Positions 35,992 to 45,601 of a stretch of DNA of 52,953 nt are shown here, piece by piece. Each line of letters begins with the position of its first letter. The first letter of the stretch is position 1. This stretch comes from Deltaproteobacteria bacterium. GTDB taxonomy: Bacteria; Myxococcota_A; UBA9042; DTJE01; S145-11. The stretch spans positions 1-52,953 of the forward strand of contig WGCQ01000170.1 in assembly GCA_015493765.1 (NCBI GenBank). The letters are read 5' to 3'. The notes below the pieces were generated by a model, which was not told the origin of the DNA, made no database searches, and worked only from the letters and a program-made list of their open reading frames with translations. The translations under genes were made by a program, and so were the position numbers.

Positions 35992-36046
35992 ACCATGCTC
36001 CTTGCTGTTGTTAGCGTACCAAAATATCCATTCCAGGATAGCATAA

Positions 36047-36113
36047 TTTTGGCTCTTCCGGAATTAGCCCGGGTACCCAAGTTACCTGTCAAATTTTGAC
36101 AGGTAATTCGAGG
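36047..36113. repeat. GGCTCTTCCGGAATTAGCC palindromic module plus a palindromic double copy of the intergenic box
   Basis: The first module also occurs at 8372-8393 and 37026-37053. The box palindrome TTACCTGTCAAA-T-TTTGACAGGTAA lies at 36082-36106, between divergent genes. Confidence 0.8.
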
Positions 36114-36156
36114 GGGGAGCCTTGCCAGCAATATGCTTTACTGCTAAGATCACGCC

Positions 36157-36657
36157 ATGAAATTCGGGATGATACTCCTGTTTTTTGTGTTCCTGCCGGC
36201 ATGCACACACGGAAAGCCTCGCAAACAACCTCACAAGGTCGTGAGTCAGGCCTTGCAACACGACAAGGCCTGGACTCACGTGGAATTTATCAGTTCCAAG
36301 GGGGTATTTACGGTCCAAGCCGAGGTGGTTGCTGACCCGGCAAGCCGGGAAAGGGGCCTCATGTTTCGCAGAAAACTGGGTCCTGACAAGGGTATGCTGT
36401 TTGTATTCCCGAAGGAGGGGGTACACATGTTCTGGATGAAAAACACCTTGATCCCCCTGGACATGGTATTCATAGACAATTCGGGACGTGTAGTGGGCAT
36501 CGTCCACCATGCCAACCCCCTGGACGAAACTCCAGTAGGGCCTGACAAGCCTTCGATGTACGTGGTTGAACTGCCTGCCGGTACGGCTGGACAACACGGT
36601 ATCGTAAATGGTGCACGCGTTGTATTCAAGCCCAGGCCGCCCAAGGCATTGCAATAA
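36157..36657 (+). CDS. DUF192 domain lipoprotein
   Basis: Lipobox FLPAC. DUF192 pattern GLMFRRKLGPDKGMLFVFPKEGVHMFWMKNTLIPLDMVFID. Confidence 0.75.
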   Translation: MKFGMILLFFVFLPACTHGKPRKQPHKVVSQALQHDKAWTHVEFISSKGVFTVQAEVVADPASRERGLMFRRKLGPDKGMLFVFPKEGVHMFWMKNTLIPLDMVFIDNSGRVVGIVHHANPLDETPVGPDKPSMYVVELPAGTAGQHGIVNGARVVFKPRPPKALQ

Positions 36658-36725
36658 AAACAAGGTTCTTCCGGATCCCGCCTGGGTGGTGGATGACACC
36701 AAAGGCCACGACAGACCAGGCTAGC

Positions 36726-37094
36726 GGCCTCGGTCACGAGCAGGCGAGGCCGAGGGTGTTGATTTGATGGATTTAGTGACGAATCCGAAAATTTGTGTAT
36801 TTTGCAAGGCCTTGAAACACAAAGAGAATTCAAGATGCCGGCTGGAAGACGGCGATCCCAGGGGGGACTTTGTAACACCCTCGAGGCCTCCTGCGATCCG
36901 CGGCATCCGTCACCACCACGGTCCACACTGTCTCGGACAAGGCCGGCAAGATGCCGGCCCCACTCGGCCTACGTCACGGTCAACGGCCTCGGCCACGGTT
37001 TCTGAATTCGGGACGCAGCCTGATACTCAGGCTAATTCCGGAAGAGCCAAAAACAATGCCTGCTGTATATCCCAAATTACCTGACTCAATTCGG
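36726..37094 (+). repeat. repeat mosaic: E element (36754-36880), GGCCGGCA-AGA-TGCCGGCC hairpin, hexamer tract, R-module fragment, GGCTAATTCCGGAAGAGCC module and box copy (37070-37094, box in minus orientation)
   Basis: Each sub-module is shared with other intergenic regions of this window. The mosaic lies between convergent genes. Confidence 0.85.
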
Positions 37095-37271
37095 CAGTGA
37101 AACTTCGCCTGACGGCTCGTTGTCACGGCCTGCGGCCTTGGACAAGTTGCAGCAAGGGAACCACCTGCTTCGTTGATTGTTGCGCAATGCCCTGATTACG
37201 TGCCTTTTTGTGGCTCACTTTGGCCGCTCAGGTGCACCTGGCATGCTCAACCTGGTCCGAATCCGTGAATT

Positions 37272-39785
37272 CTACTTGGGAATACGCAGCACAAATGCTG
37301 TGCCCTTGTCCTCTTCTATGGGGCTGCGGACCTCAATGTGTGCGCCCAGCCTGGCCGATACCCGTCGCACTACGGTGAGCCCCAATCCCATGCCTTTGCC
37401 CGGTCCCTTGGTGCTAAAAAACGGTTGAAACAGGTTCTTTTGAACCTCAGCAGGTATGGCAGGCCCGTCATCGCCCACCTCCAGGCGCACGTATTTATCC
37501 TCTACCGTGCCGTATATCCACACGCGGCCTCCCGGTTCGACCGCCTCGATGGCATTCTGAATCAGGTTCGACAAGAGCAGCTTGATCTCTTCGGGTCTGC
37601 ACCGGATAACGGCCTGTCCTGAAAGGCGCAGTTGCACGTCGCATTGTTTGCCAATGGCAGGCTTTACCAGTGCCACCGTGGCACGCACTGCATCAAACAG
37701 GTTGTACGCAACGGGTTTAGTGCTGATGCCTGCCAGTGCGTATGACTTCAGCACATCCACCACGGTGGTTATCCTTTTAACGCCACTCAATGCCAGTTCG
37801 GCCAGCCTGATCGAACGCTGCACGTCCTGTTCGCCATCCCCGGCAAGGTCCTCCCTGATTTGTTCCACCGCGGTTTTGATGTAATTCAACGGATTGTTGA
37901 TCTCATGCGCCAGTCCCCCGGCTATGGTGGCCAGTGACTCAAGGCTGTTGTCCATCAAGGCATCCACCTGGTGTTCGGTCTTGTGCAGTAAGTTATTGAT
38001 AATGGCCAACAGTTCGTCAACCGAGAAGGGCTTTTCCAGGAAATAGTCCACGCCGTGTTCGTGCCCTTCCACCTTGGTTGCAACCTCCGATTTTGCGGTC
38101 AACATAACCACGGGTATCATGTCCATACCCGGCATCTTTCGCAGTTGCTCAACAAATTCGAATCCACTCATATCCGGCATCATCAGGTCGGTAATTACCA
38201 GGTCCGGATGGAATTTTTTTGCCAGTTCGAGCCCTTTCCGAGGATGCGTGGCCGAAATCACCACAAAATCCTTGCCCAGTATCAGTGCCACCAGTCTGAT
38301 AATATCCGGATTGTCGTCCACTATCAGTACCCTGGGACCCGAATTCAGGGCAGCACGTTGGACCACCCTTCGCTCTATCGCATCCCTTATTTCGATGTAA
38401 CGGTACTCACGGTCCTTGTAAACATCCGGCAGCAATTCGTCCCTGTCCTGTTCGGACTGCTGTGTGGTTTCGACCTGCCCCCCCACGGGAAATACAATGT
38501 GAAAACTTGTTCCTTCACCCACTTTGCTGTGTACGTTAATATGTCCCTGGTGAAGGGTCACGATTTCCTTTACCAGGGACAGGCCTATACCAGTGCCACC
38601 GTGCCTGCGCGTCAAATCCCCGTCCACCTGATAGAAACGGTCGAATATCCTGTTCACCTTATCCGCTGGGATACCAATTCCGGTATCGGATACGGTGATT
38701 TGCACTTCGTCCCCCTTGCGGCTCAATAAGACATCGATACGTCCATGGGCCGGTGTAAACTTCAACGCGTTGGACAACAGGTTAACCAGCATCCTTTCCA
38801 ACATGTCCGGGTCCCCTGTGACGCGATAATCCCCGGGTGATATCCGGGATTCCAACTGTATGGATTTAATCCGTGCCATATCCCGGATGTCATTTACAAT
38901 ATCTCCTATCAACTTTCCGAGATCAAATACCCTGCAATGCAACTTCAGACGAGTCTGGTCGAGTTTGATCAGGTCCAGGATCGAATTTACCAACTTCAGC
39001 AGTTTCAATCCGTTTTTGCGTATCACGTCCAATTGGTAACCGTACTTGTCCGCAACAGCCTTGTCATTTGCCATTATATCCAGCGGCAGCAGGATCAGGG
39101 ACAACGGGGTCTTGAATTCATGGGTGATGTTGGAAAAGAAATGGGTCTTGGCCTTGTCCATCTCCTGGAGCTGTTGATTTGTCCTCTCCAGGTCTGCCTG
39201 GACCTGTTCCAGTGCGTAACGCTGCTTGAACAACTTGTACGCCTGCCTGTAGTTATGGACTTCGCCCACACTCACCATCACCAGGGCGAAAAAGATAAAA
39301 AATGCGGGCACCAGGATATGGGTCAACGGTGTTTGCGGTATGTAAGCGGCGTTGGACAGGATGAAATCCAGCATGATCACCGTATTGATCACGATGTTGT
39401 CCAGGGTCGGCATGACCAGGAGGATACTGTAGCCCAGTATGACCAGCAGTATCCCCATGAAATACGGCGAATCAAAGCCCTGGTTCAGGGCCATCATGTA
39501 TGCTATGCCCGCAGAGGACAGCACAGGGATCCCCCTGACGTACCACTTCCACCACTTACGGAATCCGGATGTATGCGGTCCGATCAGTCCAATAAGTCCG
39601 TACACCAGGATAAACAAACGGATGGCCAGCAGGCGACCAAGGATCGTATGCGGCTGGGTATAGTAATCCAGGATGAAAAAAAACGGGTAAATGCTGGCCA
39701 TAAAGACCGCTGCTATGGTAATACCCGGACGGTTGATGTCCGCAAGGTATGATTCCCACCTGGACTTGAATGCTTTACTTGTCAT
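37272..39785 (-). CDS. hybrid sensor kinase with HK-REC-HK architecture and an N-terminal 6-TM sensor region
   Basis: First H-box FFSNITHEFKTPL with G-box GGTGIGLSLVKEI. Receiver RVLIVDDNPD...DLVITDLMMPDMSG. Second H-box GLAHEINNPLNYI with GDDGPAIP...GKGMGLGLTVV. Confidence 0.85.
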   Translation of the reverse strand: MTSKAFKSRWESYLADINRPGITIAAVFMASIYPFFFILDYYTQPHTILGRLLAIRLFILVYGLIGLIGPHTSGFRKWWKWYVRGIPVLSSAGIAYMMALNQGFDSPYFMGILLVILGYSILLVMPTLDNIVINTVIMLDFILSNAAYIPQTPLTHILVPAFFIFFALVMVSVGEVHNYRQAYKLFKQRYALEQVQADLERTNQQLQEMDKAKTHFFSNITHEFKTPLSLILLPLDIMANDKAVADKYGYQLDVIRKNGLKLLKLVNSILDLIKLDQTRLKLHCRVFDLGKLIGDIVNDIRDMARIKSIQLESRISPGDYRVTGDPDMLERMLVNLLSNALKFTPAHGRIDVLLSRKGDEVQITVSDTGIGIPADKVNRIFDRFYQVDGDLTRRHGGTGIGLSLVKEIVTLHQGHINVHSKVGEGTSFHIVFPVGGQVETTQQSEQDRDELLPDVYKDREYRYIEIRDAIERRVVQRAALNSGPRVLIVDDNPDIIRLVALILGKDFVVISATHPRKGLELAKKFHPDLVITDLMMPDMSGFEFVEQLRKMPGMDMIPVVMLTAKSEVATKVEGHEHGVDYFLEKPFSVDELLAIINNLLHKTEHQVDALMDNSLESLATIAGGLAHEINNPLNYIKTAVEQIREDLAGDGEQDVQRSIRLAELALSGVKRITTVVDVLKSYALAGISTKPVAYNLFDAVRATVALVKPAIGKQCDVQLRLSGQAVIRCRPEEIKLLLSNLIQNAIEAVEPGGRVWIYGTVEDKYVRLEVGDDGPAIPAEVQKNLFQPFFSTKGPGKGMGLGLTVVRRVSARLGAHIEVRSPIEEDKGTAFVLRIPK

Positions 39786-41292
39786 GTAATGGCTTGTTTA
39801 TTATCAGGTAATTGTTGATCCTGGTTTCCTCCATGGCAATCGACCTGTCCGGGTTACCAGGCAGGTCGTCCCCCAGGTGATACAATTCATCCTTGGTCCT
39901 GTAAATCAATGGCCATTCCAGCAGATGCTCCATCACCCACCGATTCGGGTTCCATCCGTCCATGTTACCTATGGCCATGGTGCCACCGGGGTTCAAAAAC
40001 TGGTAAAACTTGGCGATCAGGGACTTTGCGTATTTTTCCTTCAAATAGTCAAACAGTCCTGACGCAAATATCACATCGAATTTGCCCACCCGGCTAAGCA
40101 CGTTTTCGTTGACGGGTTTCCCGATCAGGTTCCTCACGGAATCGTGCAAATACATGAGGTTCACCTTGGCATCCAGGCCCAGTTTCTTCACCCTGGACAT
40201 GATTCGCTTGTACGAGAACTCCAGTGCCTCCTCGTCCTGCTCGTACAGGGCTATGTCCACTACGGGTGACGACTCATCCAGTTCCAACAGCAATTCGTAG
40301 GTCTCCTGCGCCGGCCCTGCGGCAATGGACAGGTACCTGAACCGGTCGTCCGGTCCCAAGGCCTGCAATTTTTTGCGCAATATCCCCTTGACCAGTTCCT
40401 TGCGCGTACGGACCGCAGTAGTCGCCGGTGCCACGCAACTGCTGTAGTGTTCATATTTTGCGAACAGGCTGTCACCCTCCCAGTGGTTTTCGTACAGGTG
40501 GCCCATCAACTTGTAGTCACCCGGATAACCCCTGGGTTTGTACAGGGAACGCCAGAAGTAAGGCGCCTCCAGGATCAGGTCGTGTATGGCCAGGTGTGCC
40601 ATTCGTTTCATGGCCTCATCCTCATCAGGCCCCAGTCGCCTGCGTACAGGGTCAAATCGTTCCAGGTAATCCTCGTATATTGGGGTCAAATTGCGGACCA
40701 GTATGTCGAACATTTCCTTGAATCCCGGGGTTTGAAGGTCCAGGTGGCCACCCATTTCCTCCTCGAACTTGTTTAGTATCCGCTTCGCAGCCACCATGAA
40801 TGCCCGGAACTCCGTGAGCAGGGCCATGTACTGCAAGGTATCGTCCGTTTCCTCGTATTCCGGCTTCCAACCCGATACGTCCTTTACCACCTCGCTGACT
40901 CTGGACAAGAGTTTGCCCGCCTTTCGCACATCGTCCGGATTCACCAGGCCGTCCAAAAACTCGATACCCACGTGAATCCCGTTGCCGTTTGGCTCCACAC
41001 GCCTGACAACAGCCTTGCCTTTGTACACAAGGTAGGTGCCAAGCCTCAATTGCATGGTCACCTGGTCATCTTTGTGCAAGGCATCACCCCGAGGGAAGGC
41101 CGCCATCAATCCCGTGGCACTGAGGTTTTGCGGATTACCACCTGCAACCGGGCCATCAGGTCCGGAAACCTCCAGCAGCACATCCAGGTCCCCGAATTCC
41201 TTGAAGGGTATCCTGGTTGCCCTGTAAAACCGGTTCGGACCGGTTAGTTTTTCATAATTCACTGTTTGTTCTTTAGTGGAATCCTTAGCCAT
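39775..41292 (-). CDS. PilZ-like domain fused to a class I SAM-dependent methyltransferase
   Basis: RBS GGAGG 5 nt upstream of the ATG at 41292. The N-terminus carries NRFYRATR ...(about 30 aa)... NLSATG (D/NxSxxG motif present, RxxxR motif imperfect). The C-terminus carries LSIAAGPAQE, DVIFASGLFDYL and LNPGGTMAIGN. The upstream part of the ORF-track model (to 41535) only translates two repeat boxes. Confidence 0.7.
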   Translation of the reverse strand: MAKDSTKEQTVNYEKLTGPNRFYRATRIPFKEFGDLDVLLEVSGPDGPVAGGNPQNLSATGLMAAFPRGDALHKDDQVTMQLRLGTYLVYKGKAVVRRVEPNGNGIHVGIEFLDGLVNPDDVRKAGKLLSRVSEVVKDVSGWKPEYEETDDTLQYMALLTEFRAFMVAAKRILNKFEEEMGGHLDLQTPGFKEMFDILVRNLTPIYEDYLERFDPVRRRLGPDEDEAMKRMAHLAIHDLILEAPYFWRSLYKPRGYPGDYKLMGHLYENHWEGDSLFAKYEHYSSCVAPATTAVRTRKELVKGILRKKLQALGPDDRFRYLSIAAGPAQETYELLLELDESSPVVDIALYEQDEEALEFSYKRIMSRVKKLGLDAKVNLMYLHDSVRNLIGKPVNENVLSRVGKFDVIFASGLFDYLKEKYAKSLIAKFYQFLNPGGTMAIGNMDGWNPNRWVMEHLLEWPLIYRTKDELYHLGDDLPGNPDRSIAMEETRINNYLIINKPLHDK

Positions 41293-41372
41293 AAAACCTC
41301 CTTCATGGATGCCTGTCTCAACCGTTAGCCAAATCGACACCACACTGTAAACACAACCTGAACCACCGTCAG

Positions 41373-41401
41373 ATTGTAGTCTCATGCTTACGGATTTGCA
41401 A
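41373..41401 (-). promoter_or_regulatory. candidate sigma70-type promoter (TTGCAA-17-TACAAT) of the PilZ-methyltransferase/kinase operon
   Basis: The minus strand reads TTGCAAatccgtaagcatgagacTACAAT, about 80 nt upstream of the ATG. Confidence 0.5.
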
Positions 41402-41410
41402 AGGATTTTT

Positions 41411-41435
41411 CCGAATTTAGTCAGGTAATTTGGGA
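41411..41435 (+). repeat. 24-25 nt intergenic box, main variant
   Basis: CCGAATTTAGTCAGGTAATTTGGGA, identical to the copy at 41501-41525. Confidence 0.9.
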
Positions 41436-41500
41436 ATGCCGCATTGAGCATACATGGGTGCAAACAACAAAGTAGGTTAGCCGCTTGCGGCGTACGACTG

Positions 41501-41525
41501 CCGAATTTAGTCAGGTAATTTGGGA
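41501..41525 (+). repeat. 24-25 nt intergenic box, main variant
   Basis: CCGAATTTAGTCAGGTAATTTGGGA, 10 nt upstream of a -35 hexamer. Confidence 0.9.
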
Positions 41526-41535
41526 AAATGCCCAC

Positions 41536-41564
41536 TTGTCAAGGTATTATGCAGCATGTACAAT
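41536..41564 (+). promoter_or_regulatory. candidate sigma70-type promoter (TTGTCA-17-TACAAT) of the 41596-43801 gene set
   Basis: Hexamers at 41536-41541 and 41559-41564. The RBS AGGAGG and the ATG at 41596 follow. Confidence 0.5.
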
Positions 41565-41595
41565 GTGATTGCTTTCGTGGTTCAGGAGGCTTGAA

Positions 41596-42039
41596 ATGGG
41601 TAAATATTTGCTGGTGTTGAGTGCGATTGTTTTATCTGCTACCGTGACCATGGCCGGAGGGCTGGATGACGCCAGGCAGGCGGTAAAGGACTTGTTTCCG
41701 GAGGTGATCAGTGAACAAAAAATATCGAATGCCGTTCAGTACCGTTTTGTGGTAGGGCTTAAATTTCAACAGGTCATTAAAAGGGTTAAACTGGCGTATA
41801 AAAACAGGCGGCAACTCGGCCTGGGGCTGCACGTGGCAAAATGGCGGACAACGGCAAACGGAAATTTACAATTTGAACTACGGAACAGGGGCGGTAACCT
41901 GACAGCGATCTGTCGTGTCGGCAAAATGGGGGAAAAGACCGCGCTTCTGCTGAGCCTGCCATTATCCTCTGATAAAGGCCTGGACTACCGCGTGTTCAAG
42001 GTCAAACCCAGGCTTCACCTGTTTCCGTTGAGGCATTGA
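41596..42039 (+). CDS. secreted hypothetical protein
   Basis: RBS AGGAGG and signal peptide MGKYLLVLSAIVLSATVTMA. No recognised domain. Confidence 0.6.
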   Translation: MGKYLLVLSAIVLSATVTMAGGLDDARQAVKDLFPEVISEQKISNAVQYRFVVGLKFQQVIKRVKLAYKNRRQLGLGLHVAKWRTTANGNLQFELRNRGGNLTAICRVGKMGEKTALLLSLPLSSDKGLDYRVFKVKPRLHLFPLRH

Positions 42040-42040
42040 A

Positions 42041-42577
42041 ATGAGGTTGGCCACCTGGTTTGTAATTGCCATTACCTTGATTTCATGCAAAAAGCAGGTC
42101 AACACCCGTATCAATGCACAGGACCTGTTGATCGCCGGGAAAAAATGTGTCCGTAACAGTGATTGCCCAACCGGCCTGTGCAGGTTTGACATGTGTACCG
42201 GGTTGCTGGTTGCATCCAGGGCAGTGGATCGCCTGAGAATGGCACGACAGGTCAGGGCACTTTGCAAAGCAGACCCCAGGCTCAGGCGGGAATTGCTGGA
42301 GCAGGCAGGTTCCTTTTTCAAGGTGCCCCAATCGGACCCTGTGGTGAGGGGACGTGCCGCACAGGTTGTGGGCATGGTATGCAGGGGCAGGGAATGCGAC
42401 GTTCTGCGCAGGTGCGTGAAAAGGCAAAAGGACCCGTTGCGCTTTGCCTGTGCCATAGGCCTGTCCATGGCTGGCGACCCCATGGCACGCCGCATACTGG
42501 CCGGATATACGCACCTTTCGGCCCGAACAGGTAAACTCGCCCGTTTTTTCATGGATGATAAATGGAAAAACCTCTGA
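42041..42577 (+). CDS. lipoprotein with HEAT-like repeats
   Basis: Lipobox TLISC. Helical repeats with a DPVVRGRAAQVVG-type signature. Confidence 0.5.
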   Translation: MRLATWFVIAITLISCKKQVNTRINAQDLLIAGKKCVRNSDCPTGLCRFDMCTGLLVASRAVDRLRMARQVRALCKADPRLRRELLEQAGSFFKVPQSDPVVRGRAAQVVGMVCRGRECDVLRRCVKRQKDPLRFACAIGLSMAGDPMARRILAGYTHLSARTGKLARFFMDDKWKNL

Positions 42578-43365
42578 TCAGCGTACTGTTGTCCGCATAC
42601 AATGCCGGGGCTACGGTGGCCCGGGCCATTCATTCCTGCCTGCGGCAATCCGTTACACGGATCGAGGTGGTTGCCATTGACGACGGCTCCACGGATAATA
42701 CCTTCGACGTGCTGCAAGACCTGGCCCAAAAGGACCATCGCGTCCGGGTATTCAGGCATCCCAACATGGGGCTTACCAGGTCATTGAACCAGGGTCTGTG
42801 GTTGTGCAGGGCACCGTTGGTTGCACGCATCGATGCGGATGATGAGTGCCTGACCGGAAGACTGCAGAAACAAATGGATTTTTTACAGGCACACCCGGAT
42901 TACGGCATGGTGGGCGGGCAGGTGCTATTAAATACGGACACCGGCCTGAAGGTGCTTGCGCTGCCGGTCACCCACAGGGAAATCCTCAATGCCCTGCCCC
43001 GGGACAATCCCATTGTGCATCCATCTGTCATGTTTCGCAGGCAGCTCGTGTTGGACCTGGGCGGGTATGACGAGTCTTTCAGGTATGCACAGGACTATGA
43101 CTTGTGGTTTCGGCTGCTCCGTCGCGCAAAGGCATACAACCTGCCTGAACTCGTGGTCCTACGCAGGATTCATTCGAATATGCTTGGGGAGGCCCACGGC
43201 CAGGCACAGTTGGCGTGTTCCATACGCGTACGAATAAAGAACCTGGCAATATCACCCAACCCGCTTGTATCATTGGAAGCCATTGTCCGAAGGGCGGTAA
43301 AATTGCCGGTGTATTTCCCGGTTGTCAGGCAATTTTACCGTAAACACATCAAAAAAAACAAATAA
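42562..43365 (+). CDS. family 2 glycosyltransferase
   Basis: [18 protein letters not shown]...[12 protein letters not shown] and RIDADD (DxD). Confidence 0.85.
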   Translation: MEKPLISVLLSAYNAGATVARAIHSCLRQSVTRIEVVAIDDGSTDNTFDVLQDLAQKDHRVRVFRHPNMGLTRSLNQGLWLCRAPLVARIDADDECLTGRLQKQMDFLQAHPDYGMVGGQVLLNTDTGLKVLALPVTHREILNALPRDNPIVHPSVMFRRQLVLDLGGYDESFRYAQDYDLWFRLLRRAKAYNLPELVVLRRIHSNMLGEAHGQAQLACSIRVRIKNLAISPNPLVSLEAIVRRAVKLPVYFPVVRQFYRKHIKKNK

Positions 43366-43381
43366 TTGCAAGGAGGTGCCT

Positions 43382-43801
43382 ATGCGTTCATACAGAAAGA
43401 CTTTTACGTTCAACATCCCTTCCCGTCGCGGTTTTTTGAATATTACCCCCATGGTTGAAGAGTGTGTCAAGGACAGCGGCATCCGGGAGGGCCTGTGCCT
43501 GGTCAGCCCCATGCACATCACGGCCAGCGTGTTTATCAATGATGACGAACCAGGGCTGTTGCACGATTTCGAGGCATTTCTGGAAGGCCTGGTGCCACAC
43601 GAGCCCTTGTCGAACTATCAACATAATCGTACGGGCGAAGACAACGGGGACGCGCACATAAAACGCCAGGTGATGGGTCGTGAAGTGGTGGTGGCCATCA
43701 CGAATGGTAAACTGGATTTTGGCCCCTGGGAACAGATCTTTTACGGCGAATTCGACGGGCGCAGGCCAAAGCGTGTGCTGGTCAAGCTTATTGGCGAGTA
43801 G
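43382..43801 (+). CDS. YjbQ/UPF0047 family protein (secondary thiamine-phosphate synthase)
   Basis: RBS AAGGAGG. Motifs [19 protein letters not shown] and [39 protein letters not shown]. Confidence 0.8.
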   Translation: MRSYRKTFTFNIPSRRGFLNITPMVEECVKDSGIREGLCLVSPMHITASVFINDDEPGLLHDFEAFLEGLVPHEPLSNYQHNRTGEDNGDAHIKRQVMGREVVVAITNGKLDFGPWEQIFYGEFDGRRPKRVLVKLIGE

Positions 43802-43882
43802 GTAACCGTCCGGTCAAAAAGGCCAACCCTGTGTGGGCGGCGGCTTGGGTGAAATGGGCCGGCCCACGCAAGATGGGCGGTT

Positions 43883-44848
43883 TTACCTGCTGTTACACGG
43901 GCAAGCGGTTCCAACCCACGTCGCACCGTCACCCGTGTGGAGCGTAAAGCACACGCCCCCAACCCTGGCCGCAAATATGGGCCTGTCCGAACGACATCGT
44001 AATACCCAGTCATAGGTCTGGCCGTTTCCGTACAGGGCGTCGATGTCCATGCCTATATGCATCTTCAGCGTGTAGGTGGCGGCATCCGTGCCGCCCTCCC
44101 CGTACATTTCCGCCATCACGTCACCCCTGGACCGTACGATATCCAGGCTGTCCGCCTGGCTCCACCTGAGGTCAGGTGTATTCAAGGCACCCCGGACCAG
44201 TTTGAATGTCCTTTTTTGGGACTGGCACTCGAATCCTTTGCCAATACGGAATGTCATGAGTTCACGGGTCGTTTCCACCCACTCCCCGAACCTGCGCCCC
44301 CTGTATGCCTTTTTTTGGGTCTGCAGGTCGTAGGATGTCTTACCGGGCTGCCCGTTGTCAGCGATCTCCTTGCCCAGCAGCGGCCCCTGCAGGAACATGT
44401 CGTCCACTGCCCTCCAGAACACAAATTCTATGGGCGTGTTACCAGGCAATATTGCCTCTCCCCGGGGGCGGCCAGGGCACACGGCCCGGTCAGGCCACTC
44501 GATTAACGCGAGCAGTGCTGCCGGCATGATTTGATGGACATCGATTTTCAGTTTACCGCCGATCAGGCGTCCCATGAGCCGATAGAAGACGGTTTTTTGG
44601 CCCTTTACGGGAACGGGTAACTTGCTGTCATGCACGGACAGGTCCACTTTTTCCAGGGCCGGGTCCCTGGGCCAGGCCGTAAGCCTGCCGAACGAGTCAA
44701 AAGGGCTTCCATAGGACGTGAGTGGTGCGTTTTGGGGTACGCTCACTCCACTAACAGGCACGTATTTTTTTGTGCTACTGCAACCCAAGGCAATCAGGCA
44801 CAATAAGCCCCCTTGAAAGATAGGGATTGAAAGTCTTTTGATGTCCAT
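43883..44848 (-). CDS. lipoprotein of unknown function
   Basis: Signal peptide with lipobox ALGCSS. No recognised domain. Confidence 0.6.
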   Translation of the reverse strand: MDIKRLSIPIFQGGLLCLIALGCSSTKKYVPVSGVSVPQNAPLTSYGSPFDSFGRLTAWPRDPALEKVDLSVHDSKLPVPVKGQKTVFYRLMGRLIGGKLKIDVHQIMPAALLALIEWPDRAVCPGRPRGEAILPGNTPIEFVFWRAVDDMFLQGPLLGKEIADNGQPGKTSYDLQTQKKAYRGRRFGEWVETTRELMTFRIGKGFECQSQKRTFKLVRGALNTPDLRWSQADSLDIVRSRGDVMAEMYGEGGTDAATYTLKMHIGMDIDALYGNGQTYDWVLRCRSDRPIFAARVGGVCFTLHTGDGATWVGTACPCNSR

Positions 44849-44875
44849 TTATGGATTTGTATTTGAGTGGATGGT

Positions 44876-45424
44876 TCAGTCTTCCCGCTCGCGCAGTTTC
44901 TTTAGCTGCACGTCCATGTCCTTGAATTCGGCCTTGGCACGGGCCTTCAATGCCGCCCGTTCCTTCTGGGAAAGCCTGTTCATGCGATCGAATGCATCGG
45001 CAAAGGTTTCAGGGTCCAGGCATACCAGCGCATAGTACTGGTCACCGCGGCGTTCCGTTTTGACCACCTGTGTACCGACCAGGGTCTTTTCCACCAGTTC
45101 CCTGGTTACCTTGGTGGTTAATTCCTCGGAAAAGTCCTTGGAGTCGGCCTCGCCTTCTGCCTTGTAGGACTTCAGCATGGACTGGATGTGGGTCTTCAAT
45201 GCCTTGGCCAGGTTCGTCCTGGCATTCGTGATTGCCGTATCCCTGGCAAACCCAACCATGTTCCGAATCTTTTGGCTGCCAGCCGCGCACCCCTTGATAG
45301 GATTATCAAACCATTTCGGCGGATTTATTTCGGTCTGCTTGACCTCGGTACCACCGCATCCTATTGCCAGCAGCGTAAGTGTCATAAGAGCACCCATTAC
45401 CAGCCTCAGATACCTTGTTTTCAT
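44876..45424 (-). CDS. LPP20-like lipoprotein with C-terminal coiled coil
   Basis: RBS GGAGG and lipobox AIGCGG. The segment ARDTAITNARTNLAKALKTHIQSML resembles the LPP20 domain. Confidence 0.5.
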   Translation of the reverse strand: MKTRYLRLVMGALMTLTLLAIGCGGTEVKQTEINPPKWFDNPIKGCAAGSQKIRNMVGFARDTAITNARTNLAKALKTHIQSMLKSYKAEGEADSKDFSEELTTKVTRELVEKTLVGTQVVKTERRGDQYYALVCLDPETFADAFDRMNRLSQKERAALKARAKAEFKDMDVQLKKLRERED

Positions 45425-45495
45425 TACAACCTCCATAGTAATTCAGTTACACTTGTTCCCTATTGGAACAAAACCAATCGCAACACATCCTCCAC

Positions 45496-45524
45496 ATTCT
45501 ACTGAAACCGTTTTTCCATGTCAA
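45496..45524 (-). promoter_or_regulatory. candidate sigma70-type promoter (TTGACA-17-TAGAAT) of the LPP20-like gene
   Basis: The minus strand reads TTGACAtggaaaaacggtttcagTAGAAT. A box copy lies 13 nt upstream of the -35. Confidence 0.55.
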
Positions 45525-45537
45525 ATGATATTTTGGG

Positions 45538-45562
45538 TCCCCAATTACCTGACTAAATTCGA
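45538..45562 (-). repeat. 24-25 nt intergenic box, main variant
   Basis: The plus strand reads TCCCCAATTACCTGACTAAATTCGA. Confidence 0.85.
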
Positions 45563-45601
45563 CAGTCGGGCGATGTCGGGGTATCCACCGCTGTACCCGA
45601 A

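Noticed and set aside
36096-36101. The TTGACA hexamers inside the variant boxes (16695-16700, 20275-20280, 36096-36101) as the actual -35 elements of promoters.
   Set aside because: No acceptable -10 hexamer lies 16-19 nt downstream in any of the three cases. Better promoter candidates lie further downstream, so the box is treated as an upstream element rather than the core promoter.
39775-41535. ORF-track N-terminal extensions: 41293-41535 of the PilZ gene, 706-876 of the DUF1566 gene, 15482-15601 of the second ABC ATPase, 17249-17452 of the DHH gene and 26041-26118 of the CoA-transferase.
   Set aside because: In each case an internal ATG with a good Shine-Dalgarno sequence, or an ATGA overlap with the upstream gene, gives a protein with a normal family N-terminus. 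The extension overlaps another gene or repeat DNA.
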